Shown here: positions 1 through 11,508 of the stretch, piece by piece
Numbering within the stretch: the first letter of the stretch is position 1
Layout: every line of letters starts with the position of its first letter
Assembly (NCBI RefSeq): GCF_006345805.1
Contig: NC_043021.1
Span: 7,502,001-7,566,000, forward strand
Origin: Octopus sinensis
Taxonomy: Eukaryota
Direction: 5' to 3'
Length of the DNA: 64,000 nt
Translations under genes and position numbers: made by a program
Notes under the pieces: model-generated
Told to the model about the DNA's origin: nothing
What the model saw: the letters and a program-made list of their open reading frames with translations, nothing else
Databases searched by the model: none

Positions 1-300
1 TAAAGATTGAATAAAGAATTAACTTCATTGAATAAAGAATTAAGTTCGTGGAATAAAGAATTAAGTTCATTGAATAAAGAATTAAGTTCGTTGAATAAAG
101 AATTAAGTTCGTTGAATAAAGAATTAAGTTCGTTGAATAAAGAATTAACTTCGTTGAATAAAGAATTAAGTTCGTTGAATAAAGAATTAAGTTCGTTGAA
201 TAAAGAATTAACTTCGTTGAATAAAGAATTAAGTTCGTTGAATAAAGAATTAAGTTCGTTGAATAAAGAATTAAGTTTGTTGAATAAAGAATAAAGTTCG
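1..300. repeat. 21-nt minisatellite (TTGAATAAAGAATTAAGTTCG)n, about 14 units
   Basis: Tandem periodicity seen directly; continues off the window start. Confidence 0.95.
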
Positions 301-311
301 TTGCTACTCAC

Positions 312-441
312 CAAGCATTTCATTAGAATCTGGATTGGTACCTTCGCCCTCAACGATACGTTCTTCCTCCTGCGGTGGAAGTTCAACAGCTTTCTTCAAA
401 TTACTGCAATCTTGTGCAAGTTTTGGGCTATACAACTGTTT
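312..441 (-). CDS. unc-104: unc-104 exon O: KQLYSPKLAQDCSNLKKAVELPPQEEERIVEGEGTNPDSNEML
   Basis: 130 nt, cggtag|AAA...CTTG|gtgagt, phase 0-1; QEEERIVEG matches KIF1A QEELRIVEG; an alternative in-frame AG lies 6 nt downstream. Confidence 0.88.
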
Positions 442-1373
442 CTACCGAAGACAAAGACATAACTACAGCCTGGATAACGTCTTGAGGCTTATGGCAGTGT
501 CGGTAGCTTCTTGTGCAATGAGACAGAATTGAGCTAACTAAAGTACCCCATCCACCCACCCACCCACTCACTACTTGTATTATCGATGTGGAAATATCTT
601 ATGAAGGCACTGAATAAATGTTTTTTGATATCAATAATAGACTCTAAAGATTGATCTTTAAAAGTAATTAAAGGTAATTAGTAGAAAAATGAAGGCAAAC
701 ACTAAAGTGCACACCCCTCAAATGTAAAATGCACAAACATCAACACACACATGTGCACATGCATACAAGTGATTACATCAACCCCCAGTGCATGACTGGT
801 ACTTTATTTTATCAACTTCAGAAGGATGAAAGGCAAAGTTGACCTCGATGTGATTTGAAATCTGAAAATAAGGTGATGTAACTAAGCAATGCAAGGCACT
901 TTTATCGACAGTCCACTGCCCTGATGATGACGATGATGATGATGATGATGATAATTTCTTACATAGGCACAAGACCACATATTTGGGAGAAATAGCTAGT
1001 TATAATGACTACCCCCACCTCCTCTACCCCCAGTTCTTGACTGCAACTTTACCAATCCCAGAATGATGAAAAGAAAAGTCAGCAATGGTGGGATTTGAAC
1101 TTAAAGGATAAAGGAGCTGTAACTAAACACCACAAGGCATTTCTGCCAATCTTCCAATTCAGATTTTGGCACAAGGCCTGCAATTTTGAAAGGAAATGGC
1201 TAGACAAGTACACTGCTTCCAGTATATGGCAGGTACTTTATTGTATTGACTCCAAAAGAATGAAAGGAAAAGTTGGCATTGACAGAATCTGAACTCAGAA
1301 TGGAAAGAGCCCAAAGAAATGCCACCAGGCATTTTGTCAAATGCACTAAAAATTCTGCCATCTTGCCACAATT

Positions 1374-1404
<31 letters not shown>

Positions 1405-1818
1405 CAGCAGAAGCAGCAGCAGCAACAGCAGCAGCAGCTCCAAAATCGGGCATAAGACCAGCGATTTTAGGAAGAAGGGTTAGTGAACTACACTGACCCC
1501 TACTCACCAGTCCTCCCCTAGCCCTTATTTTATCCATCTAATGATGATGATTTGGAATTTCAGTAGGTCATGAATTGGTGGGGGATGGAGTCATTAATTT
1601 AACTAAGGCCCTCTCCCCAGATTCTCACTCCTTTCACTCGACTAGTAACTATTTTCTAAACCCCTAAAATGATGAATGACCAAACTAACATAGGCAGAAT
1701 TCAAAAACTGACTTAATACGTGTGCCCTTTTAAAATGACAATATACATGAAAGTTCAAGACAACATACATATTTAACCAATATATTTCTTTAGTTTTAAT
1801 GAATAACAAAATCTAAAC

Positions 1819-2067
1819 CAGTGATTCTCAACCAGGGTCCATATAACCCTTGTGGGGCCCAAATAAGATTTTGCTGTTCTATATTTAAGAGATGAGGAAT
1901 TATGTACTTTATTTACATTCGATGGATATTTGTCCTCATCTTGTTTGTTGTCAACCCAATGTTTTGGCTGATATACCCACCACCTTCTTCAGGTGTCTTG
2001 GGGAAATTTCGAACCTGGGTTCTCATTCCTAAGGTATTTTTCGATGTTATTATTGTTATTATTATTA

Positions 2068-2102
<35 letters not shown>

Positions 2103-2597
2103 GTTGTTGTTCAGGTCACTGCTTGGAATCGAACTAGGAATCTTGGGGTTAGTAGCCCATGCTCTTAACCACTATGCCATATGCCACTGGCATATAGCAT
2201 AGTGATTAAGAGCAAGGGTTACTAACTCCAAGATTCCGAGTTCGATTCCAGGCAATGACCTGAATAATAATAAGAACAACAACATCAAAAAATACCTTAG
2301 GAATGAGAACCCAGGTTCGAAACTTCCCCAAGACACCTGATGAAGGCTGGAGGGTATATCAGCCGAGGCATTGTGTTAACAACAAACAAGATGAAGACAA
2401 ATATCCGTCGAATGTAAATAATGAAAATAAGATTTTGCTGTTAAAATTAAGTCCAATAAATTAGTTGTACTTCTACAATGCACAAAATATTTTAATAATT
2501 TTCTTTTAATACAATTCCTAATAATATTTAATTATGAATGGCTATGAGGGTCCAGTAGTGTAAAGTAGGGATCAAATAAAATGGTTGAGAGCCACTG
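1819..2597. mobile_element. hAT-type MITE interrupted by a palindromic insertion
   Basis: TIRs CAGTGATTCTCAACC / GGTTGAGAGCCACTG; 8-bp TSD ATCTAAAC at 1811-1818 and 2598-2605. Confidence 0.85.
1879..2424. mobile_element. Head-to-head palindromic tRNA-headed element with Penelope-type hammerhead-like motif in each arm
   Basis: Symmetry centre at 2187 (ATGCCA-C-TGGCAT); A box and B box (GTTCGATTCC) in each arm; 18-bp TSD AAATAAGATTTTGCTGTT at 1861-1878 and 2425-2442. Confidence 0.8.
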
Positions 2598-2789
2598 ATC
2601 TAAACAAAATATTTTTACAGAATTTACGTAAATAAAAATTAACAAAAGTCATATTATAAAAACAATGCACAAAAACAGAACAGAATGTGTGCATGTGTGT
2701 TGTGTGTGTGCATGTGTGTCTGTTTTATTGTTGCTGTTTTTTAGACCAAGGTCAGCTCTGAGAAAGCAGTTCTAGTTCTGAGCATCTAT

Positions 2790-3142
2790 CTTTTACTGGT
2801 TTCAGTCATCAGACTGTGGCCATGCTGGGGCACCGCCTTAAAGAAACTTTAGTTGAATGAATCAACCCCAGTACTTTCAATTCTTTTAAGCCTAGCACCT
2901 ATTTTATTGATCTCTTCTGTCGAACTGCTAAGTTACAGTGGTGGGGGTGGAGTGGACAAACACACACACACACACACACTTGACAGGCTTCTTTCAGTTT
3001 CCCTTTACAAAATCCACTCACAAGGCTTTGGTCAGCCCGAGGATATAGTAGAAGACACTTGTCCAAGGTGCCACGCAGTGACTCTGAACCTGGAACCATG
3101 TGGTTGCGAAGCATGCTTCTTACCACACAGCCGCACCTGCAT
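2790..3142 (-). mobile_element. tRNA-derived SINE, family A (diverged)
   Basis: Family A body and head in reverse orientation. Confidence 0.75.
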
Positions 3143-3450
3143 CATTCAAAATTTTTTCTCCTAAAAACACTGCACGCATGGCCATGCTATACATGTCATT
3201 TATTTTTCCTCTTTTTTTTTTTATCACTAAGATTGTGTGGCTGAAAAAAACATTTTGATACCAACTTGTAAATATGGAAATATTATTCTAATAGCTGTAT
3301 ATTATGAATCTTTGCTCATTATTTTATTTCATTTTGATTTCATACAGGAGTTTTTAAAAAATGTTTGGGTTATTTCTTTTAATTGGTTACTTCTAAGCCC
3401 TCAGATTATTTCTACATCGTGACATACAAATATGTATGTATATGTATATA

Positions 3451-3681
3451 TATTTCTTTACTGCCCACAAGGGGCTAAACATAGAGGGGACAAACAAGGA
3501 CAGACAAAGGGATTAAGTTGATTACATCAACCCCAGTGCGTAACTGGTACTTAATTTATCGACCCCGATAGGATGAAAGGCAAAGTCGACCTCGGCGGAA
3601 TTTGAACTCAGAACGTAACGACAGACGAAATACCGCTAAGCATTTCGCCCAGCACGCTAACGCTTCTGCCAGCTCGCCGCC
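3451..3681 (-). mobile_element. tRNA-derived SINE, family C
   Basis: Head GGCGGCGAGCTGGCAGAA, B box GAGTTCAAATTC, tail GTAAAGAAATA; similar copies at 21122, 31258, 41171 and 53220. Confidence 0.85.
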
Positions 3682-3776
3682 TGTCTATGTATATGCATAT
3701 ATGTGTATGTGTATGCTTGAATATGTATGAATATAATGCATATATGTATGTGTGTGTGTGTGTGTGCAAGCATTTA

Positions 3777-3807
<31 letters not shown>

Positions 3808-4080
3808 TTATATATATATGCAAACATGTATATAACTACACATATACACACAAGTAATCTGCATGTGTATGCATTTAGATATATGCATATATGTATGCAT
3901 ATATAGTAACTGTATATATTGCATGTCTCTAAGATACATTTGTGTATACATACATATGTATATATACATATATGCACGCACACACACATACATAAACACA
4001 AACATATACACAAATATACCCACACACAAGTAAACACACCAGGTGTGTTCAGGTAGATAGTGAAGGTAAATTGAACGCAC

Positions 4081-4169
4081 CTTTTCGAAGTAGTTATCAT
4101 CATCAAAAGATATTTTGGCATTTCCAGATTGCTTGATTCCTGGAGCATAATCAACAGTGTCCTCTTTTT
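4081..4169 (-). CDS. unc-104: unc-104 exon N: KEDTVDYAPGIKQSGNAKISFDDDNYFEK
   Basis: 89 nt, tttacag|AA...AAG|gtgcgt, phase 1-0; matches KIF1A DYGSGVRQSGTAKISFDD. Confidence 0.95.
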
Positions 4170-5136
4170 CTGTAAAAAAAAAATAAAACAAAATCAAATA
4201 AAACAAAAATTACTCTTTAATCCATACGTACCCCAAGCCATGTAGTGATAATATATTAAGAGTACCCATCTTTGTTGCTTGCTAACTCTTGTTATCTTCT
4301 ACTTAAGTCATTGGACTGCGGCCATGCTGGGGCACTACCATGAATGGTTTTAGTCTAACTACTCAACCCTAGTACTTATGGGTTGTTTTTTTTTAAATCT
4401 GGTACTTAACTTATTAGATTCTTTCGTTGCTTTTACTGAATCGCTAAGTTGTGATGATGTAAGGACATAAACAAACCAACACCATTTGCCAAGTTGTAGT
4501 AGGGCAAACACAAAGAGAAGGAACTCCATTAACTAAATTTGGAACTTAAAACATTAGGATTATTTCCTACAACACATTTACTATGTTAATACCTTAAATA
4601 TTAAATATTTAACATAGTAAAATCCAGGCAAGGTTGTTTATGGAAGACCAACAGTTGCCCAAGCATACCAGCTTCCCCTTTCCTTGCCACCGATGTTACC
4701 CATTTGCATCTGGCATAAAGCCACCATGCTCTCTATTACAACACAACTCAGTCAAGGAAGCATTTTCTTTGCCATATGACTTACTTGGCAACCTTGCTAA
4801 TGCCAGTATCATTAAATAAAGCATCTAGTACACAGGGTAAAGTGATTGGAAATTCAGAAGGGCCTCCAACCATGAAAACAATGCCGAAGTAGACATTGGA
4901 GCTCAACATAGTTCTCTATTTCATCACATCTTGTGAAACCACCCAAACCATGCCAGCATGAAGGACAGACCCTTGATGATGACAACGATGATGATGATAG
5001 TGATGATTATGATGATCATGGTGATGATGGTAATGGTAATGGTGGTGGTAGTGGTGTTGATAATGATGATAGGGAACTTCATTCTACAGAGTATTTGGTC
5101 AGCAGAATGCAAAGAAGGGACCAAATGTCTTCTTAC

Positions 5137-5255
5137 CTGTCACAGCTTGGACAGCCACACATAGGTATCCTTTCACATCTCCTTTCTCGTTGACAATGGC
5201 AACACGGTGTACCAAAGGAACCGGATAGAATAAATTACTCAAGTATACAAAGGAC
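5137..5255 (-). CDS. unc-104: unc-104 exon M: [40 protein letters not shown]
   Basis: 119 nt, aaacag|G...ACAG|gtaaga, phase 2-1. Confidence 0.96.
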
Positions 5256-5376
5256 CTGTTTTGGTGTTTTGGGTGGAGAAAGAATAAAATAGAAAAGAAT
5301 AATTTAGCAAACAAATTTAAGAAAACAACATTTGATATACATATACACACACACATACACACACAAATATATAGAC

Positions 5377-5595
5377 CAGTGCTTTTCAAACTTTTTGCTG
5401 GAGTGGAACCCCAAGGAAACATTCCACTGGCTCGAGGAACCCCTATGCAATAATTTAATAGTCTTATGCACACATATCTGCACAGGAGACTTAAAAATTA
5501 CTGCCGATTTTAGCAGTTTTGTAACTTCTTGCGGAACCCCTGCACTGTACTGGAGGAACCCTAAGGTTCCACGGAACCCTGGTTGAAAACCACTG
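5377..5595. mobile_element. hAT (Charlie-like) MITE
   Basis: TIRs CAGTGCTTTTCAA / TTGAAAACCACTG; 8-bp TSD ATATAGAC; second copy at 32830-33048. Confidence 0.9.
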
Positions 5596-6399
5596 ATATA
5601 GACAAATACACTTTATATATCTTGACTCCAAGGAAGATATAGGATGTGGCACACAAGCAGTCAGTTCCGTACGCATTGCTTTTCATAGAGGAAACAGCTG
5701 TAAGCTAATGAATGTGGTTACATAACTTCTGTTCTTTTGTCATTCAGTAACTGATCTCCCTTTCTTTGTGTGTGTGTGTGTGTGTGTGTATAATATATAT
5801 ATATAAAATAGAGAAAAATTGTAATTCAAATTGAAGTTATAGCTACGAAACGCACATAGTATTTTTTTCTTATTATATAATGCTTATTCATTTTTTTGTA
5901 TTTTTTTGTGATCTAGATATATGTTTTATAATATATTTTATTTTTTCTATATGATATGGTTTATGTCTATCATTGTTTGAATTACATAATAGTGGTCTTT
6001 CTCTAATTTATATATATTATATATTTATATTGTGAAATTTGATTCAATACTAAATCGAATTTTTCCCTCTAAGTTTGGAGTTATACTCCCTAATATTATA
6101 TATGTATATATACACACACATCATTCATGCACTTATACACACACACCAGATACGTATACATTTATGCACACATACTTGCTTATATATTCGATGCAAGTTA
6201 TAGCAACACACAAATTAGATTGTGACAAATAAATGGATTCAAGACATGGATGTCATTAGACATGTTCAAATATCTCCTTAAAAGAGGGATATTTGATATT
6301 TCACACACACACACACACACACATACATACATACAAACATACATACATATAAGATAGATTTGCAGAACACACATACACACAATTTAACTTTTGTAGGAG

Positions 6400-6555
6400 A
6401 AAAAGAAGAAGAAGTAAAAGATGAAGAAGTAAAAGATGAAGAAGAAGTAAAAGATGAAGAAGAAGTAAAAGATGAAGAAGAAGTAAAAGATGAAGAAGAA
6501 GTAAAAGATGATGAAGAAGAAAAAGATGAAGAAGAAGTAAAAGAAGAAGAAGAGC
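6400..6555. repeat. 18-nt minisatellite (GAAGAAGAAGTAAAAGAT)n
   Basis: Direct periodicity; starts about 12 nt past the exon L donor. Confidence 0.9.
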
Positions 6556-6566
6556 TGTGAATGTAC

Positions 6567-6704
6567 CTTCCTACAAGACGAAACCAGGGAAAGCGGTCAT
6601 AAAACGGATCACCACCAGTCATGTTATCGATGCTTGGTTCAGGTGAAGTAGGGGAAAGCTCAGCCTCATTGTGGTACATCTCTCGCATCAGCTCCAGTCT
6701 TTGT
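6567..6704 (-). CDS. unc-104: unc-104 exon L: [46 protein letters not shown]
   Basis: 138 nt, ttgcag|A...GAAG|gtacat, phase 2-2. Confidence 0.97.
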
Positions 6705-7384
6705 CTGCAAAGAACAAGGAATTAAAAAAAATAATAAAAATCATATAATTCTTGTTTTCTCTACAAGTTTTTGTTTGTAACATTTGCATGTTAGAAAAAA
6801 ATAACATTGTATTTTTAAGAATAATTCTTTTTTTTTTTTATCGTGGAATAAATATGCAATAGATATTATTATTATCATTATCATTTTTACTATTATTATT
6901 ATTATTATTATTATCAAAGCAATGAGCTGGTAGAATCAGTAGCATGCTTGACAAAATGCTTAGAAATATTTCCTCTGTCCCTATCTTCCGGGTTCAAATT
7001 CAGCTGAGTTCAATTTTGCCTTTTCATCTTTTTGGGGGTCAATGAAATAAGTACTTGTTGAGCACTGAGGCTAATGTAATCAACTAACCCCTTTCTCCAA
7101 AATTTCAGGACTTGTGACTCTAGTAAAAAGAATTATTATTAATATTGGTTCGAAATTTTAGCATAGGACCAGCAAGTTCAGGGAGGGCGTAGGTCAATTA
7201 CATCAGCCCTAGTGCTCAACTGGTACTTATTTTATCGACCCAGAAAGGATGAAAGGCATCAACCTCAGCAGAATTTGAACACACAACATAAAGACAAACA
7301 AAATGGCACTAAATATTTTGTCCTGATACTAATTATTCACCCAGCTCACCACCTTAGAATTATTATTCATATTATTATTATTCT

Positions 7385-7715
7385 TTCTTTTATTTGTTTC
7401 AGTCATTTGACTGCGACCATGCCGGAGCACCGCCTTTAGTCGAACAAACTGACCTCAGGATTTATTCTTTGTAAGCCTAGTACTTATTCTATCGGTCTCT
7501 CTTGCCGAACCGCTAAGTGACGGGGACGTAAACACACTAGCATCAGTTGTCAAGCGATGTTGGGGGGGGGGGGACAAACACACACATATATATATATGAT
7601 GGGCTTCTTTCAGTTTCCGTCTACCAAATCCACTCACATGGCTTTGGTCGACCTGAGGCTATAGTAGAAGTCACTTGCCCAAGGTGCCACGCAGTGGGAC
7701 TGAACCCGGAACCAT
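7385..7715 (-). mobile_element. SINE family A (head-truncated)
   Basis: Matches the family A consensus seen in this window. Confidence 0.8.
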
Positions 7716-8097
7716 TATTATTATTAGTATTATTATTATTATTTATATTTTTGTTGTTTTTCATTCCCACCCTCCCCTTTCCCCCCTTTTATTTACCATA
7801 ACTGATCTTGTGAGGATCCTACCATTGATTTTGTAATTTATGCTTAGTTCTTGTGACAAAGTGCTGATGATAAGGGATAAAATGCAGCCAAAGATCAACT
7901 TTGCCTTTCATTTCTTGGGGCAGCTTGTGAAGTTGTGATATTCATACTGTTCTAGGAAACACTTGAGACTACAGTAAAATCAAACCATTCGGACAAGAGA
8001 ATTGAAAGCAGTTCTCAAACGGAATTTCTCAAGAACTCACTCCCACAAAAATTACAGTACCCTGAATTACAAGCAAAAAAAAAAAAAAAAGTGAAAC

Positions 8098-8398
8098 TCT
8101 CTTTACTCTCTTTTACTCATTTCAGTCATTTGACTACGGCCATGCTGGAGCACCGCCTTTAGCTGAGCAAATCGACCCCAGGACTTATTATTTATAAGCC
8201 TCGTACTTATTCTGTCGGTCTCTTTTGCCAAACCACTAAGTTACAGGGACGTAAACACACCACCATCGGTTGTCAAGCGATGTTGGGGGGACAAATACAG
8301 ATATACATACATATATACGACAGGCTTCTTTCAGTTTCCGTCTACCAAATCCACTCACAAGACTTTGGTCAGCCCAAGGTTATAATAGAAGACACTTG
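8098..8398 (-). mobile_element. SINE family A (head-truncated)
   Basis: Matches the family A tail and body. Confidence 0.8.
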
Positions 8399-8666
8399 TA
8401 GGGTAATTGTGAGAGGCTAGATCTGGCCAGTTCAAAAATAAGACGGACAGAATATTTTGGCTGGATATGGCAGGTTTGAATACTAGGGGGTTGAAAGAGG
8501 AAATCTGGATCACAGTACCAAGGGAAATCTTGGGCAGGTTAGTATCAAAAAGGCAAAGACAAACATGATGGAAAGATCTGGAAATTACTGCATAGGACCA
8601 GGACATTTCTGGACCCTAACCTAACATAATCACTGAGTACCCATTTTTATAGACACAGGGTACACA

Positions 8667-8859
8667 CTCTTTACTCTTTTACTTGTTTCAGTCATTTGAC
8701 TGCGGCCATGCTGGAGCACCGCCTTTAGTCGAGCAAATCGACCCCGGGACTTATTCTTTGTAAGGCCAGTACTTATTCTATCGGTCTCTTATCGCTAAGT
8801 GACGGGGACGTAAAAACACCAGCATCGGTTGTCAAGCAATGCTAGGGGGACAAATACAA

Positions 8860-8896
<37 letters not shown>

Positions 8897-9062
8897 CGAC
8901 AGGCTTCTTTCAGTTTCCGTCTACCAAATCCATTCACAAGGCATTGGTCAGCCCGGGGCTATAGCAGAAGACACTTGCTCAGGATGCCACGCAGTGGGAC
9001 TGAACCCGGAACCATGTGGTTGGTTAGCAAGCTACTTACCACACACCCACTCCTGCGCCTAT
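8667..9062 (-). mobile_element. SINE family A, full length
   Basis: Minus-strand head ATAGGCGCAGGAGT..GTGTGGTAAG (A box), GGTTCAGTCC (B box), internal (CA/TA)n, (TAAAAGAG)-type tail. Confidence 0.85.
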
Positions 9063-9320
9063 CTTTCTTTAGTAAACACTGGATCTTTCTTTAGTAAACA
9101 TAAACAAATGCAAGATAGATGTAAATATATATAAGGAACATGAGAGACTTAAGGGAGAACACTATAAGGTAAAGAAAAAATAAATCATGCCAACTCATAA
9201 TGGCCAATTTTTCGGTTTAATGGAACATAAATTCCCCACCAGTCCACTGAAGGATTACTAATTTTTGCCAGTGGAATGGACTGGAGCATTGTGAAATGAA
9301 GTGTTTTGTTCAAGAACACA

Positions 9321-9710
9321 TATAAGAGCACTCCGTCGGTTGCGACGATGAGGGTCCCAGCTGATACAATCAACGGAACAGCTTGCTCGTGATATTAACG
9401 TGCAAGTGGCTGAGCACTCCACAGACACGTGTACCCTTAACGTAGTTCTTGAGGAGATTCAGCGTGACACACAGAATGTGACAAGGCTGGCCCTTTGGAA
9501 TACAGGTACAAGAGAAACAGGAAGAAAGAGTGAGAGAAAGTTGTGGTGAAAGAGTACAGCAGGGTTCACCACCACCCCCTGCCGGAGCCTCGTGGAGCTT
9601 TTTAGGTGTTTTCGCTCAATAAACACTCACAATGCCCGGTCTGGGAATCGAAACCGCGATCCTCCGACCGCGAGTCCGCTGCCCTAACCACTGGGCCATT
9701 GCGCCTCCAC
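9321..9710 (-). mobile_element. tRNA-derived SINE family D nested in an older related SINE (about 9185-9800)
   Basis: Head GGAGGCGCAATGGCCCAGTGGTTAGG...GGTTTCGATTCC; 11-bp TSD TCAAGAACACA at 9310-9320 and 9711-9721. Confidence 0.85.
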
Positions 9711-10186
9711 TCAAGAACACAATGTGTTCAAGAATCAAAACCACAATCTTATGATCAAGATTACGACACCCTAACCACTAAGCTATGTGCCTCCATGGGC
9801 AACACTATAGCACAAACATTACTTGAGGGATATCAATATAATGCAAAAGTCCTCAGTGGTATTCCACCAACACAGGAGGTTACAACTATGTGCATAATGA
9901 CCATTGTATTGCTGGTATTACAAGAATCTATCAGCTCCAGAAGAGAGAAAAATCAATAACAAATGCTTTTTAGATTTTAAGCAAAGAAAAAAAAAAATTA
10001 AAAAAGCAATATAATATATCAAGGTAACAAAATCCTACATTCTGCCCTCAAGGCTATCACTTATGACAAACAATAATTAAGGTAATTGAAGTACTCAAAA
10101 AACTAATTTATAGGAATAATTGGATTACAAATACAACATCAATCAGTAAATAATAATAATAATAATAATAATATAATAATAATAAT

Positions 10187-10727
10187 ACCAGACAGTGGCT
10201 CTCATGGCTTCTGATCTTAACTGATTGGAAGTGTTATCATGTACATTGTTTTGTCTTGGTATAAAAGATGGGCTACAGCAAATATTCTGCTCAATACCAT
10301 AGATTTGCTTGTCAGTTGTTTGACCTTAACCAGTTGAGCATGTCCCTTAGTGGCTGATGATATGTGCATCTCTGATCACGAACAGAAGTAGTGGGGGAGC
10401 ATCATAGCCATGTGTTGAGAAGGATTCTTTGAGGTTTGAATAATTCACCTCTGGAAACATGGGTGTTTCGTTCAACGTCCTTAAATAACCCTTATTCAGG
10501 GACCTTTTGAGTGGGATGGGCTACTCGATCTGAAGAAAATTCTAACTGGGCTCCACCTGCAAGGTCATGTGCTGTTTATCTTGATATGAGATCACCATGT
10601 CGCGCACATATGGTTGTGATGCATGTGCCTGGTGTACCCTTATCAGACGGGTAGTCATGATGGGTATACTGGGCTTCGTATATTTTACCCCAGTGTCACT
10701 TTGATGGCATGCTCTGCTCGCTCACTC
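10187..10727 (+). mobile_element. Non-coding interspersed element within an (AAT)n tract; probable LINE 3' UTR fragment
   Basis: Higher-GC 540-bp block flanked on both sides by (AAT)n; no ORF; class is inferred. Confidence 0.5.
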
Positions 10728-10977
10728 AATAATAATAATAATAATAATAACAATAATGATGATGATGATTTCAAATTTTGGCACATGTCCAGTAATGTTG
10801 AAGAAGGGGATAAGTCGATTACATCAGCCCCAGTGTTCAACTGGTACTTATTTTATCGAGCCCGGATGATGAAAAGCTAAGCTGATCTTGGTGACATTTT
10901 AACTCAGAACATAAAGACAGATGAAATGCCACTAAGCATTTTACCCGGCGTGCTAACAGTTCTGCCAGCTCACTGCC

Positions 10978-11016
<39 letters not shown>

Positions 11017-11221
11017 TCCTTTCTCTTACAGGCACAAGGCCCGAGATTGTGGGGAGGGGACTAGTCGATTGCACTGACCGCAGTGCTTCACTGGTACTTA
11101 ATTGATTGACCCCCAAAAGGATGAAAAGCACAGTGGAATTTGAACTCAGAACCAGCGATGGGCAAAATACCGCTAAGCATTTTCCACGACATGCTAATGA
11201 TTTTGCCAGCTCACCACCTTA

Positions 11222-11271
<50 letters not shown>

Positions 11272-11453
11272 CCACAAATTGGTATGAATAATGCCTTTCC
11301 CAAATGCATCATACATTATATATATATTACCCATTCACTTGTACATATGTGTATGTGCATGTGTGTACACACACACATTGGTTTAACTGTATTGGTTGAA
11401 TCAGCTCAATAGATGCTATTTACCACAAGAACAACAGTAACAGTACTAATAGC

Positions 11454-11508
<55 letters not shown>

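Noticed and set aside
7-294. 95-aa coiled-coil-like ORF (LNKELSS)n as a real gene
   Set aside because: It is the translation of a 21-nt tandem repeat, antisense within an intron, with no ATG start or splice context in the window.
8950-9062. tRNA genes
   Set aside because: All A/B-box sequences are SINE heads that continue into repeat bodies; I could not fold a complete cloverleaf.
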